Positions 1 to 13,972 are shown, counted from the stretch's first letter. The stretch: 64,000 bases of DNA from Vicugna vicugna (GCA_013265495.1 MU058718.1:3424081-3488080); one strand, 5' to 3'. Translations and numbers: made by a program. Notes: a model not told the origin generated them from the letters alone.

Positions 1-1139
1 CACTGAGGTGGTTCCATGTTTTTCACCACTACAATTCATGAACATGTCTCCTTGTGTAGATTATTGCTTCTTCACACTTGAATTGGGGTCTGTCTTTGAT
101 GACCAAAGAAAGATGAATGAGAGAGTTTATTTGTTACAAATAATGGGCCTAAATGTTATAATCAAGTTCACCAGAACCGTCTTTTCAGAGCTGTTCACTA
201 TCCTTTTTCTCACGAATATCCAAATTACTAGATCTGCTCTGTCACTTCTAATGAAGGTGTTTGAATTAAGGCAAACAAGGCTGCAATACAATGACAATAA
301 CATGACATGTCCTCTGTCCTAATGGGGATTTATGTTCCAGTACTCCTTGAATCACAGGAAATCTGGTTGGAAGGGACCTTGCAGGTAGCCCCGACCAGTT
401 GGGTCTTGAGTACCCTATACAATGTTCCAAACAAAACTTGACATCCTAGACCTCACATCCAGGGTCAGGCAGCTCAGCCCCTCTCCAGGCAGCCCAGCAC
501 ACCTCCTGATAACTCTGAGAGTTGAAAGTTGTGTTTTACATTAAAATGAAATCTGTCTTTTAATCAGCACTCATTAGTTAATGTCACACTCATAGGGCCA
601 CACACAAAAAGACTGGCCATCTTTGAGTATTTAAAGATAACCCTCATGTCCCATTCCATCCTGTATCACCCAGTTCTTCTCCTCAGAGCATGATGTTCAG
701 AACCAAACCTGGTACTCAAAGGTAGGATGTGATGCCAAGGAATGAGACAGATTCTTCAACACAGACCTGAGCTCACGAGCTGACCTGGGGGTCATGGGCT
801 AAGCCCAGCCTGCAGATGAGTCTTAAAAAGCCCCAGCAGAGTCAGTCCACATGGTAAACAGTTTGCCATATTTTCACATGATGACAACCCAGAAGAGGTG
901 AGAAGCAGCCACTCTCTCAAACAAATGAATCCTCTGGTTCATCACAACCCTCTCCAATCCCAAGGTATCTCACAGCTGCAATACTGGGCCAATGTTAGAG
1001 ATAGCCTAGATTTTTCTTCCTTAAACAAAACAGAACTACTACTACTACTACTAACATAGGAACTTTGGTGTGGTGGAGTTGAGTAGGAGTGGCAGGGTAG
1101 CAGCTACTCACCTAACCCATTTCACTCCTTTTTTACTGG

Positions 1140-1560
1140 TCTCTTGCACAAGTTAACTACATAATGGAAAACAAGTTTGGATTAAATAAAATAAAATTCT
1201 TTTTCTCACTCATATATCAGCACAGTGATTGGCAGTCAGCTTATGGTGGCTATACTATCAGCAGAGACCTATGTTCCTGCTCCACCATCCTTACTGTTCA
1301 TCTTCTACCCTCCAAGTTGCCTCATAGTTCAAAATGGCTGCTAAAGTTCCAGCCATTGAGCTGACGTCCCAGACAGGAAAAAGAAGGAAAGGAGGGAAAA
1401 AACAAAATGTCATACCTCTCATCTGAGTCAGTTACCATTGAAGACCTTTCTCAGAAGTCCCTTCCCAAAACTTTAACTATGTCTCTAATCATAGTGCAAG
1501 GGAGGTTTAGAAATAATTTTTAGCCGAGCACATTGTTGCTTCCAATAACATAGGTATCTG
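1140..1560 (-). mobile_element. Old MaLR LTR fragment (MLT1J/K-like)
   Basis: Motif aagttgcctcatagttcaaaatggctgct...ccagcc..cccagacagga; boundaries approximate. Confidence 0.5.
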
Positions 1561-2373
1561 TTGGGATGGAAGAAGGAGGAACTGGACATTAGGAAAGCAA
1601 TTGGTAGCCCCAGGAGGAAATTTAATTGTTGACCTTTCTAAAAATAGAGATCTATATCAGTGCATCCTAATTTTTTTTCCTGCATTCACATCATTTTGTG
1701 ACCACTGCTGAACCTATTGTCTAAAATTCCTAAACCATTTTTGACATTATTCTGCAAAATCACATCCTATAATCTTATACTTGTGCATTGTTTTTGGTTT
1801 TTTTTTTAGATTTTTTCAAGCACAAAGCAAATAATCTGGTTCAATTCAGACTATTGCTCCAACCTATCAGAATCTCTTTGGATCCTAAATCTGTCTTTTA
1901 ATTTAAATATATGCAAATTATGTATCCTCTTTGCCTTTAAGCCTTCCATACACCATTGAAATCAAAAAGTTAAACCAAGCAGGACCAACATTATGCCTGA
2001 ACCTGCATTATACCTTCAGAAATCTCCTTCTGTTATTTAAAAAGTTGTGATCCACCCAACTGAATAATAAGTTAGCTAATTTTTCTTTTTCTTTTCTAGA
2101 AAGTTGCCACACTAGATTCATTCAAATGGCTTTTTGAAATCACACTATTAAGTTGGTTGACAGTACTTATTTCCTGTGAACCCTTATTGGCTTCTGGGGA
2201 TCACTGATTTCTTTCTAAGTAAACACAATCCTATATTTAATAATTATTTTGACACTTCACAATTTCTGTTAGCTTATACTGAAAATAAAACTGACTACAT
2301 TTCAAATTTTACTTAGATTTTATATAGCTAAAACCTGTTTCATTTATCAAAAAGACTTTGAGATTGATTTCAT

Positions 2374-3131
2374 TTTTTTAAATAATTGCTTTATTGAGAT
2401 ATAATTCACATACCATAAAATTCACCCTTTTAAAGTTTACAATTCAATGGGTTTTAGTGTAATATTCACAGACTTGTGATCTATCACTACTATCTAGTTC
2501 CAAAATATTTTCATACTCCAAAAAGAAACTCTGCACCCATTAGCAGTCACTCTTATTTCTCCCTCCCCCTGGCCACTGGCAACTGCTAATCCACTTTCTG
2601 GCTCTACAGATTTGCTTATTCTGGACAGTTCATATAAATAGAATCACACAACATGTGACCTTCTGCATCTTGCTTCTTTCACTTAGCATAATGTTTTCAA
2701 GGATCATCCATATTGTAATGTGTATCAGTACTTCATTCCTTTTTATTGCTGAATAATATTCCATTGTATGGATATAACATTTCACTTATCCATTCATTAG
2801 TTAATGGACATTTGGATTGTTTTCACTTTTTGGCTTTTATGAATAATGCTGCTATGAATATTTCTGTACAAACTTTGTGTACATATGTGTTTTCAATTCT
2901 CTTGGGTATATACCTAGAAGTAGAATTACTGGGTCATATGGTAACTCTATGTTTAACTTTCTGAGAAACTACCAAGCTGTTTTCCAAGCTGTTTCCCAAG
3001 CCCATAGTGGCTGCACCATGTTATAGGCCCACCAATAACGTATGAGGTTTCAGTTCCTCCACATCCTCCAACACTTGTTATCATTGTCTTTTTTTATTAT
3101 ACTCATCCTTATGGATGTGAAATGGTATCTC
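2374..3131 (-). mobile_element. L1M-type LINE-1 3' end (L1MA/MB-like), antisense
   Basis: ttattgagatataattcacataccataaaattcaccc...catttggattgtttt...gatgtgaaatggtatctc, typical reverse-complement L1 3' UTR/ORF2 end. Confidence 0.88.
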
Positions 3132-3239
3132 GATTCACATTTTGATTTGCTTTTTATATGCACAGTGTTCTTAGTCATTAAAAAAGACTTAATTTGCTTA
3201 TTCCAGAACTAAATGTTTTTCAAATCTTTCTTAGCCTTC

Positions 3240-3815
3240 TGTATCATTCAGGATTCAATCAAAGAAGTAGGACCACTAGCTATGTCAGTTAGTTAGTTAG
3301 CCAGACAGGGGGATTTGTTACAAGGATTTGACCTCACACAATTGTGAGAGGAAGTGATTAAGCAGTTGCTATAAGGCTGTTGTCTGAATTCACATCTGAT
3401 CCTGGAGCTTGAAGTCCCTGGGGCAGAGCTACAGGAAACTGAAATGCACAAGTATGAACTAGAATCCATGAGGATGGACTGAAAGCCATTTCAGTTCTTC
3501 TTGCTTCCAACTTTGGTGACATGATGCAAGGGTCCTGCTGAATCTGGGGCCTTTTGTCATAGAACTAAATGCACACACACACCTGGCTCAGGAATTGCAA
3601 AGGCTGAAGGAGGAGCCAGAGGAAGGTGGAGCAGTTGCTGGCTCAGTGGCAGCCTCATGCCAATTAGTTGAACCAGCAGATAAGCGACAATATGTGTTAC
3701 TTACACAATGACTGGTAATTCCCTTCCACCTCCAAATCTCCCTGAAGTATCTCTCTTGTGGCCCACCCTACCTAGACATCCGGGAAAGAGAATTCTGGGG
3801 AATGCAGTTCCACCT
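3240..3815. mobile_element. Old ERVL-class solo LTR (LTR33/LTR41-like)
   Basis: Starts tgtatcattcaggattcaatc.., ends near gaattctggggaatgcagttcc; family from recall. Confidence 0.5.
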
Positions 3816-4596
3816 TCCTCGACACTTTTCCAACCTCTTCTCAGTTTCATTTTACAAGCTGAGAACTGAAAAGCAGTCATATAATTAGTGAGCTGCCTAG
3901 TTCTATTAACTCTGGGTGCACATCCTATAAAAACGATCAAGGATCTCTAAATTATAAATCCTAATATTTGGTTTCCTGCCCAAATTTCATATGAAACGTC
4001 TGTGACATCGCTTCCTTCTAGTCCCTCAGGGTTCACCCTAGTTGAGGCCACACTGCATAGTTTTCTGGGCTGCAAATGGACTTGGTCAAGAAGGCTTATG
4101 AGTCAACAGGCTTTTCAGCACTACCCCAGAGGATCCAGTATTGGATTCTAGCTTGTTCTCCATCTTCTCTCTATGCATCTCTATACCTTCCTTCTCTACG
4201 TCATCCCCACCATTCTCTGCCTTCCTCTTTTGGATGCCCCTTCCTCCAGCTTGATGTCTCAGCTGGCCTCTGCCCGTGAGACCACATATTCTACACATGC
4301 TCGCTTCTTCCTTCCCCAACACTTCTCCTCTCTCTATACTTAACTTTAATCAATTAGCCATTAGCAGACCTGAGTTCTGTCATTTTAAATATATAACCAG
4401 AAATGGGCAGAAGAGGCATTCAGGAAGACAATTGGCATAAAATTGATTCACTCTAGTAACATTCTCAGTCTGAAATTCGGGTAGAAACACTCTAGGAGAT
4501 GTAATATTTGCATTTTAGGACTTCATATAAGCAAGTTAATTCTTAAACATTATTAACCATGAGCCTAATGTTTTATGCCAGGAATCTCTATTTGTG

Positions 4597-4627
4597 ATAT
4601 ATATATATACATATATATATATATATT
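4597..4627. repeat. (AT)n microsatellite (others at ~36652-36689 and ~61143-61160)
   Basis: Direct reading. Confidence 0.9.
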
Positions 4628-7469
4628 AGAGGTGACAGAGGAGGCGGCCAGCCCTGTGGTCACTCAGAGAGAGTTGAGGACAGGTCTGGAAGAAGAAGTA
4701 GGCAGGTCTGTACCAGAGCAGTCTCCGGTTGGCTCCTGGGAAAGGCTCAGGATGAAGGGACACTAGCTTCTCCACACCCTTACCTGCCAGTGGGATTGGG
4801 TCTCCAAAGGCCCCAGAGGGCTGCTCTTGCCCTAAGAAAGAAGATACCCTCCATGGGAGGGATGGGAGGAGAGAAACTTCATCCTAAAAAGATGATTTCA
4901 GGTTTTCCTTTATGGCCAGCAAGTTTGTAAAACTAATGTAATTTCAGGACCCTTTTTCACCAAAATTATTCCCACTTTTCTCAACATTATCAAAAGTTCC
5001 CTTAACACAAAGTCTTTCATTTGACAACAGAAATAAAAGATTTAAAAGGGAAATCTTTGGTTTAGATAAAATTTTAATGTGAATGAATTTCACTGAAAGA
5101 ATGATGGGATGTTTGGCCGTTCATTCTTCCGTAACTGGTATCAGGTTCTTCCTAAGCTTTGCAAGGAGGGAGAAGAGTTAGCATTAGGGGACAAGCTGAG
5201 GGGACAAGGAAGGCACACAACATGGAGAGGCAGACTTTACCAGATATGACCATAATTATCTTCTGCTGGGTGGGGACAATAACAGGCCGGGTACTGAGGA
5301 ATTGCTGTGGAATACTTGCAATGGCATATAAAAACAGCTCATGTAGCATAATGCATCACGTGCTGGGGAGGGAGGGGTAGATTTAGCTATCAAGTTCCCA
5401 CTTTGCAGAGGGTCCTCATCACAGTCTTCAGTAATCTGCACCCTTATTCAAAGCTGCATACTCATTTCCTCCTCAGATCTCCGCTGAGGACACCACCTCA
5501 CTGCAACACAACTTCCTTCTCCAGCAGTAAGTCCCACTGTTCAGAGGAAACGTGGTTTAATGGATTCAGGAATGGAGTTAATGGAATTCACTCTGTTAAT
5601 TACATGCTGCTAGATTAATAGCATTGATTTTTTTCTTTACAAATTGGAATGAACCATTTTGATTTGTATAAATGTTATTAGGAAAATATGTTTATAAAAC
5701 ATTATTTGAAGCACTGACATCATGTTAGGCTTTTAAATGAAAATTAAAAACCTGAAAATGTTTCTATATATTTTTCATATAGAGAAGAGATATTTTAATT
5801 ATATTTTTAATTGAAAAAGTAAGACAAATTATTAAGAAGGAAATGATGGTAAAGAGAAAAGAGAATTCTTGTACAACAGCAACACCTAATTTTAACAAAG
5901 AAATAGTAAGGAATTAAATTTATATCATACTTAAGAACAGCTCTGGGAATCTCATCTTTTCAAGGAACTAATAGTTTCTGGAAATAAGGAGGAAAGACAT
6001 TTAGGGGTGAACACTTGTCATTTGCTGTGAGATGCTCTAAAATCTATTCCCTCTACCTGGGATGAAAACATCATTGAAATTCACAGGAGAGCCAGGCTGT
6101 GCCGCCCACACTTGGCGGGTGCAGAATGGAGCAAGCTGCAGCTCCAAACAGGCCTTTCCCTGCACGTTGCTCTCTCTGCCTGATGTCAGCAGCAGATTCA
6201 GTCACCTCACATAACCCACCCTTGTTCGTGCAAGCTTTTAACAGGCTTTTCTTTGGAAATGATTGCACAGTTATTTAGTCGTTTACAAAATCAACCAATT
6301 CCCATGGTGAGATTTATTTCTGTGGGAGTCAAATCTTAAATCCTAACCAGCAGAGCGAAAATCTGTTGTCATGGAAACCATCCCCATTTCACTAGGCTGG
6401 AGTTGCAGTTCACTCGCCTTGGAGATGGATTGACAAAGATGCAGAAGGAAAGGGTGAAAAGGAATCAGACATGGCTTCAATGCATTTTTCTGAACAATAT
6501 TGATGATCACTATTAATTTTACTTTGGATGAAAAATTGATCTATTAATACTGGACTCTAACAAACCTTTCAATACTGGGGGGAAAACCCTAAATATGTTT
6601 TAGAAGCTATTTAAGATAATCCCCCTCACAAAAGATAACCCAAAGAGTTCCTGTTTTGCCAGTGAAGAAGATCATTTATTAGAATAAGATTGTGTTCTAG
6701 TTTGTTCTTAGACTAATTGAAGTCATGGCAGTGAGAAGGAGAGTTATGCAATTTCCTTATATTCAGGTTTTATAAATTAAATGTTAGGAGTATGCATCTC
6801 AAACTCATAGTCAAACCAAGCAAGTCTGCATACCAGTTCTTCTTCCTACAAACTTATGGCATCCTGAGTTGACTAGAAAAGACATGTGTATAAATAAGCT
6901 TTATTTATGCCTTTCTAAAGGACAAGACATTTCTGAGGGTGGGTGGAGGTACCAGCAGAGGTGGTATGAGTCATCCCAATTCTTACTCCATGGCCCCAGT
7001 CTTCCTGCTCCCTCTGAGAATTTACCACTTTTCAGATTAGTCATACATTTCCTCCTAAAGGACGTTCAACCAGATACATCCTTTAAATTATAGTGATGGC
7101 ATTGTGAGAGGGCACGCAGACCAGAGTTAGCAGTTGCCATGTGACTAGATTTCAGATGCTATGGGGTGTCTGCAACGGAAGTGACAGCATGGCCAGGAGA
7201 AGGGCATGAGGGATGACAGTCTTCATCCAAGGCAGCAACAGCTCCCAATATCAGGTATTCCAGATAATTGAGTGAAATATTTCTAGGAGTCAGGTATCAG
7301 ATTCTCGAGGGGTTTGTAGGTGTCTATTTAAATTCAGAGATTCATCTGAAAAAATGACAAGGCTATCTGAAAAAAATACTTATTTTTTTCTACACAGCAT
7401 TGGGTCTTAGTTAAGAAAGATTAATTATATACAAGGAGTATTTACTCTTGGGGGAAAAAATGCCCATTT

Positions 7470-8260
7470 TAAAAAAGCATTAAGTATTTACAATATAATA
7501 TACAAATCTTAAATTTACAGCTCAATAAACCTCTACATATATAAATATACTTATATATGTATGCATGTATATACACATATATATATGTATATATAACTAC
7601 CACCCAGATAAAAGTGTAGAACATATCGGAGAATTTCTCCAAAACAATTTCCAGTTACTCTCCCCACCTACCAAGGTTACCATTCTCCTGACTTGCATCA
7701 TGATAGATCAGTTCTGCCTGTTCTCGAACTTCACATAAATACAGTATGTATATTTTGTGTGTGTCTGGCTTCTTTTGCTCAACATGGTATGTTTTTTTCA
7801 GGGGGTAGTAATTAGGTTTATTTATTTTTTAATTTTTTTAATGGAGATGCTGGAGATTGAACACAGGATCTTATGCATGCTAAACATGTTATTTATCACT
7901 GAGCTATACCCTCCCTCCTCAACATAGTGTTTTAAAATTCATTTATGTTTTGCATGTATCATTACTTTGAATGTTTTCATTGCTGAGCAGTATTCTATTG
8001 TATGAATATATGGAATTTATCAGTGTTACTGTTGATAGACATTTGGGCAGTTTCCAGCTTGGGGCTATTATAAAGCTGCTATGAACATTTAATCTAAGTC
8101 TTTTGTGGACAAATGCTGTCATGTAGGGTGGGTGCATATTTCACTTTACTGGGAAGCATCGGTTTCCCCAAGTGGTTTTGCCATTTTAACTCTTGCTAGA
8201 ACATGTGAGGCTCTCCACCCCCACCAGCACTCAGTGTTGTCAGTCTAGTGGTCTCTCCTT
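7470..8260 (-). mobile_element. Old L1M 3' fragment interrupted by a SINE
   Basis: L1 motifs gttgatagacatttgggcagtttccagcttggggctatt and gtctggcttcttttgctcaacat. Confidence 0.7.
7801..7915 (-). mobile_element. tRNA-derived SINE (camelid-type), antisense
   Basis: Reverse complement reads gggagggtatagctcagtgata...ttagcatgcataagatcctgtgttcaatc...aaataaataaacctaattactaccccc; degenerate TSD ctcaacatRgt..gtttt on both sides. Confidence 0.85.
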
Positions 8261-8909
8261 GTGTGCCCTTTTTTCTAAAGAAACTCTTCAAAGAAGCTGT
8301 GCTGATGTCTGCCTCAATGTTGTAGTGGGGTCCTGAGGTTAGCATTAAAATGTAGATGTTGTGATTAACATTTCCTAGCCTCCCAATGACACCATGCCTT
8401 TGAAAACAGTAGCTTTTCTAAGATAAATAGAAGTTCAAGGTGAGCTGAGATTCCAGGGTAGCCTTAAACTGATGATCACGACAGGCTGAAGTAGATAGGA
8501 GCACTTTGGTATCCAAAACACATGTCCGTTTAGGCTTCTGAAATGAACAATAGCCACTTGCTCTGAAGAGACCAAGAATCTATTCCCTGTCCCTATTTTA
8601 AAATAGCTGAAATTCAATAGCTGCCTCCAGCCTGATGGGGAAGCCTCACCTTTGTGATTAGCCATAGGGCTGTTGAGCTAGCTCAGTCTCACAGAACTTC
8701 TAGTTTACCAGGAGGTCAAGTGCCTCAGATACTTCAGATGTGTATGAAAAGAGCTGAATAGCCATTTCTTGTTCCTTAACTCAACCTTGAAATGTGTCCG
8801 CAGATTTCAGTGGGCCAGCTTCTTCTTCTTCTTTGTGGCCATGCTACTTTCCTTTGGACGCTTGCCCAAGGGAGTAAGCATTGGGCTCCCAACTGACTGC
8901 CTTCTCAAG

Positions 8910-9363
8910 TGTATTAGGTTTCTGTTTCCACACCCTTCATGACCTAAAACAATGTGGATCTTGTATCTTATATTTCTGTACATTAAAAGTCCAACACACA
9001 GGGCTGATTCCCTTCTGGATACTCTGAGGAGAATCTGTTTCCTTGCCTTTTCCATCTTCTAGAGGCTGCCTGCACCCATTGGCTCACGGCCAACTTCAGA
9101 GCCAGCAGTATGGCTTCTCCCTGATCCTTCTTCTGTAGTCACTCTCTCTCTCATTGACTGTAGCCCAGAAGGTCTTCTACTTTTAAGGACTCGTGTGATT
9201 GATTAGAATGGGTGCATCAAGATAATCCAGGATGATCTCCCCAAATCAAAGTCCATAACCTTCCTCACATCTGCAAAGTTCTTTTTGCCACAAAAGGTAA
9301 GATAACACAGATTCTGAGGATTTGGGCATGGACATTTTGGGGGCCATTAGTCTGCCTACTACA
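8910..9363 (-). mobile_element. MaLR solo LTR (MLT1B/C/D-like)
   Basis: TG..CA ends (tgtattag...cctactaca), 5-bp TSD tcaag at 8905-9 and 9364-8, motif ccttgccttttccatcttctagaggctgcc. Confidence 0.88.
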
Positions 9364-9609
9364 TCAAGAAACAGAATCAATACCCAGGGATCGAACCTGG
9401 TCACCCTGATTCTGGTGGCTGAGCCTGGCTCTCAGTGACGCTGTTGAGGCACAGGTGCTCCCTTGGAGTGAACATTCATTAATGCTGCTTAATGGTATAG
9501 GTGCCACAAATGTGGCTTTTATTCCTCCCAAGGTGTCCCAAAGGCTGAGAAATAGGTGGTAATGCCACCCGTTGTATTTGTTTCCCAGTGAAGTTTAAAG
9601 GAAACCTGT

Positions 9610-9888
9610 CTTGTGGTTACCAGGGGGGTAGAGGGTGGGAAGGGATAGACTGGGATTTCAAAATTGTAGAATAGATAAACAAGATTACACTGTATAGCAC
9701 AGGGAAATATACACAAAATGTTATGATAAATCACAGAGAAAAAAATGTGACAATGAGTGTGTATATGTCCATGAATGACTGAAAAATTGTGCTGAACACT
9801 GGAATTTGACACAACATTGTAAAATGATTATAAATCAATAAAAAATGTTTAAAAAAAGGCAGAGTGTACCTCCATGCTTCTTGACTTT

Positions 9889-9938
<50 letters not shown>
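9610..9938 (+). mobile_element. Young 5'-truncated L1 3' end with an extra 34-bp segment and an (AAAT)n tail
   Basis: Perfect TSD taaaggaaacctgt at 9596-9609 and 9939-9952; similar to the L1 ends at 16465-16740 and 28154-28345. Confidence 0.9.
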
Positions 9939-9941
<3 letters not shown>

Positions 9942-10559
9942 AGGAAACCTGTAACTTCAATCTCAGTTACAGGTTTGCTTAGCCAAGTGAGCTATTCTTT
10001 GATGTTATGAAAAATATTTTTAAAAGAGATAGAGAGAGACCACTGTATCTTGCCATGCAAGTCACAACTTAATACTGGGGAAAAAGACACTCTGAAATTA
10101 TTGAATGTTCAGAACATAAGAACAGTCATCCAGAGCCATCCTGATGTAAGCACTGAAGTGCAAAAAAAGCCTCTTCTTTCTTTTATAATCTGGCCACCAT
10201 TGTGATTTACCTTTGAAAGTGTGTTAGAAGTGGGAAGGATTCTGTTCTGGGTCTAGAAGGTGCAGGATAGGGACAAGTGAGAAAATGTTGCTGGTTTTCC
10301 AAGTTCCATCTAAGAACAGTATTTCTAGTGGGAACAAAGTTATGAAGAGTATTTATTTAGGTTTCCTACCTAGTTCAAATAGTCACATTTTTTAAGTAAT
10401 ATATTTTCATAACCTATTTCTCTTCATTAATATCTAGGTAATTTATGAATTCAGTTTCAATTTCCAGTTTGATTCAAGGGTTGTTTTGAATGGTATTTCT
10501 GAATTTCCAAGAGATGCATTAAGTGGAACATTTGCAGGACTGTAGTGAGAATGGAGAAT

Positions 10560-11410
10560 CAAAGTTATTACTCAAGTTTGACTTAGTAATGGACAGGTGT
10601 AAGTTTATGTGTGATAAAAGATGGGAAGGTAACAGCTTGCCAAGGAGAAAAGCATAGCAAAACATCCAAATTCATTGGTGAGTGGGATTAAAATAGTAAA
10701 AGAAACGTGATAAAGCCACACATTTTTTAAAAAAGGAAAAACAGATTGTAGCAAATAGAAATATATACAATATTGGGGGACTAAAGCCAACTATATCAAT
10801 TAATACAATAAATGTAAATAGCCCAGATTTCCCTATGATAATGAAAAAAACGTCAGATTGAGGTAAAAACAAATGTAGTTTTAAAATAAATGAGCAAAGC
10901 TTTATGAGAGAGAGACAGGAGGGTATATACAATAGTATCAAATGAAATGGAGTTCAAAACCAAAAGAACTAAGTGAAACATAGAAGGATAAGATCTAATG
11001 TTAAAGATATAAAGAAAGTATAACAAACAATAAAGCCACAGAAAAAGAAGGCAAAAACTCCTAAAAATAAAGGAGAACACGATTCTTGTGGGGAATTTGA
11101 TTACCTGTTTATTTTAGAATATTATAAATCAAGTAGACAAATAATGGACAAAATATACGGTATCTGAATAACCCAATTAACACGTTCAATCATGTTTACA
11201 AATGTGTTACAAAGGTTTATATTATACATATCATGTTTATATTATACATATCCTCTCCTGTAATAAGAAAGTATATTCTTCTCGTCTGCCCATTGCATGT
11301 TTACCAGATGTTGTGTACTTGTATCTGTCCACAAAATAATGACTATAAATTCAAAAGAGTAGAGATTTTGTGAACCAGACATTTGATCATAATCTATTAA
11401 GACTAGTAAT
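10560..11410 (+). mobile_element. Degraded old L1 ORF2 5' (endonuclease-region) fragment
   Basis: A-rich strand with taatacaataaatgtaaatagcccagatttccct, atcaagtagacaaa and atattcttctcgtctgcccattgcatgtttacca motifs. Confidence 0.6.
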
Positions 11411-11699
11411 CTATGACTTCGCTTCCTCTCCAAAAGACCACTTGAATTTTCCAGATCATTTTCCAGCTTTGGGGCCCTGAGGCTTTTGTGGTAAGCAAAC
11501 ATGTGTGGTGAGGACAGCCTTGCCCAGTTATCAGCAGTAGGAAGAAACTAGTTTGTGTACCATTTAGGTAGCATCCCATGGGCTAGGAACTCCTCTAAGG
11601 GCCTCACAAATAATACCAGTGGGAACTGACACCTTAACTAGGGAAAGATCAATAAGATGCTTTTGAAAAAAACTCACCCCACCCCCTAACCTTGGTAAT

Positions 11700-12620
11700 T
11701 TTAAAATGCAAAATTTAAAAATGAGATTCCATTTTTTGCTTCTGATTACAAAAATAAATATAAATGATAATATTTGGAGTGAGTTATATAGGCAAGAATA
11801 CTTGCCTATATATCACCTTCAGCAGGAGTGTATATTAGATGATCACCTAGGGACAATATGATTTTCAAAACCCCCTAAATATGAAAGTTTGCTGATCAGG
11901 CAATTTTACTTTTGGAAATGGGAATAATCAAAAATGTGTTCAAATATTTCCTACATGAATTTCATTTCAGCTCTTTGCAACAAGATGAAAACAAACTAAA
12001 TATCCTAAACTAGGAGGTTAGTTAAATAAATTACAATGCACCTACACAGTAGGCTACCCTACAATTTATCAGTGAACAGTGTAGATTCTGGCCACAGGCT
12101 TCCTAGGTTTGAATCCCTGCTCTGCTCCTTAACAGCTTTTTGGCTTTGGACCACTTAACCTCCCTTGCCTTCATTCTATAACCTATAAAAATATGAATAA
12201 TAATATTTCCCACTTTTGCTGGGTTATTTTGTGAAATAAAAAGGAGTTAATATGTGTAAAGATTTGTAAGCAGTGCCTACCACATAGTAACTGTTATCGA
12301 AGTGTCATGTGGTTACTATATAGTTGGATAGGCAGTAGCATATCTAGTCAGATGGAAAAAATATTTAGAGTATGTTAAGTGAAAGGGGCAGATTCCAAGA
12401 CAACAATGGGTATATGTCATGATCTCAGTTTTGTTGACATGCATTATATGGAGACATACATATTTGACTGTAAGTGTATACAAAATGTCAAAATATAAAC
12501 ATCAAGGGTTAATTATCAAGGCTATTAGCAGTGTGTCTCTGGTGAGACTGAGGGTTTTCTTTCTTTCTTCTGTCTTTTAATTTTCTGATTTTTCTGAAAT
12601 GAGCATGTTCTGCCTTCGAA
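11700..12620 (+). mobile_element. Old L1ME-like 3' fragment with a MIR inserted at ~12075-12295
   Basis: aaatgcaaaatttaaaaatgagattccattttt; MIR core ggtttgaatccctgctctgct...cagtgcctaccacatagtaa. Confidence 0.6.
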
Positions 12621-13972
12621 ATAAAGATGGGAAAAGCTATTTCTTAAGACAAATAAAGTCTTACTCTCACCAGTTCTCCTCATCAGAAACTTGAAGGGAT
12701 AAATAAGAAGTCGTTCCTGTCTTGGACACTGAAGTCTCTGAAAAAACACAAAGCATTTCTATATGAAAAATAGTTCAGTGATTTTTTTTAATCTTTTCGT
12801 ATATATTTCTAAGAGCATGTTTTAAACTATTTAGTGAAAACCCCTTATTGTAGAACTGGGAGTTTCTACTATACAGGGCATTTAAATACTACAGAGAACT
12901 GAAAATTCATAGATCTCAAATCTGTTTTGCTTGTCTTAAAACTGTCCCCTGGTAGTAGCAGACAGAGTGGAGTGCTATGCCACCTGGAAGAACACGACAG
13001 ACCCGTGTGAATGTGAAGGCAGCCGGGGGGATCCAGAGAGAAAAGAGCTTTCTGGGAAAGGACTCAGACCTGCCGGTTGGGGCCCTAGAATTCTCCTGAG
13101 AGAAAAGGCAACATACACACAAAAGAGATCTGTCCTATAGTTCATCTCTGGGATGTAAAATCCAATATTTACACAAAGGCTTAGCCCAAGGAAGGCATGT
13201 TTTTTGATCCTCAGCTATAAAAACTTAGGAACTGCCTAACAACACACACATCATGGTTTAGACTATCCATAGAAAGGCATGCTGTCTGCCGGAGCCTTGG
13301 GCAGAGTGGTGTTGACCTTCCAGCCTGTGTGCCTGCTGCTTTATCACAGTTTCATGCCTTCAGTCACAACAGTGGCTGCACGAATTCTTTCACAGCTCCC
13401 AGCATTTTAAGTAAAAGCCATAGAGACGTGGCAAATCAATTTTCCCTGAGAAACTGAACACTGGGGTGAGGCAACTGTTTTTTTGCTCTGCTCTGAGGCA
13501 AAAAGTGGCTCCTCTATCATATTGCTGAAAAACCCTGCCATGTTGATTTGCATCTCCCATTTAAGAGTTTTCTGTCTAAGATGGAGAAATATCTCAAGTT
13601 TGGTGGATAAAGACTGTACAGAGGATTTCTGGAATTCAAACTCCAGCCAGAACTCACTATGTCTTACTTGGAAGGCAAGTACTTCTCATTTTCCCTGAGA
13701 GTTGGAGGAGCTACATTTCCGTTAATTGTTAAAATAGTCCAGTCTTCCTCTGCTTCATTAGGGCACCTATGGGAGAGAACTTTTACATGGACATTATTAA
13801 GCTCAGAATGGTGGTAGTTTCACTGTAATGGCGGTTCCATGAGGGAAGGGATTGTGTCTACTTTCTTTATCATTGTTTCCTTAGCATGAATCACTGTACC
13901 TGGTCCATGGTGAAACTCCGTGATTATAGATTAAATTAATAAGTCATGAAGGGAAAATTATAATACCTATCT

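Noticed and set aside
2972..3001. Short tandem duplication ccaagctgttttccaagctgtttcccaagc (similar ones at 18211-40 and ~45533-52)
   Set aside because: Ordinary slippage duplications, mostly inside repeats; no spacer structure, not CRISPR-like
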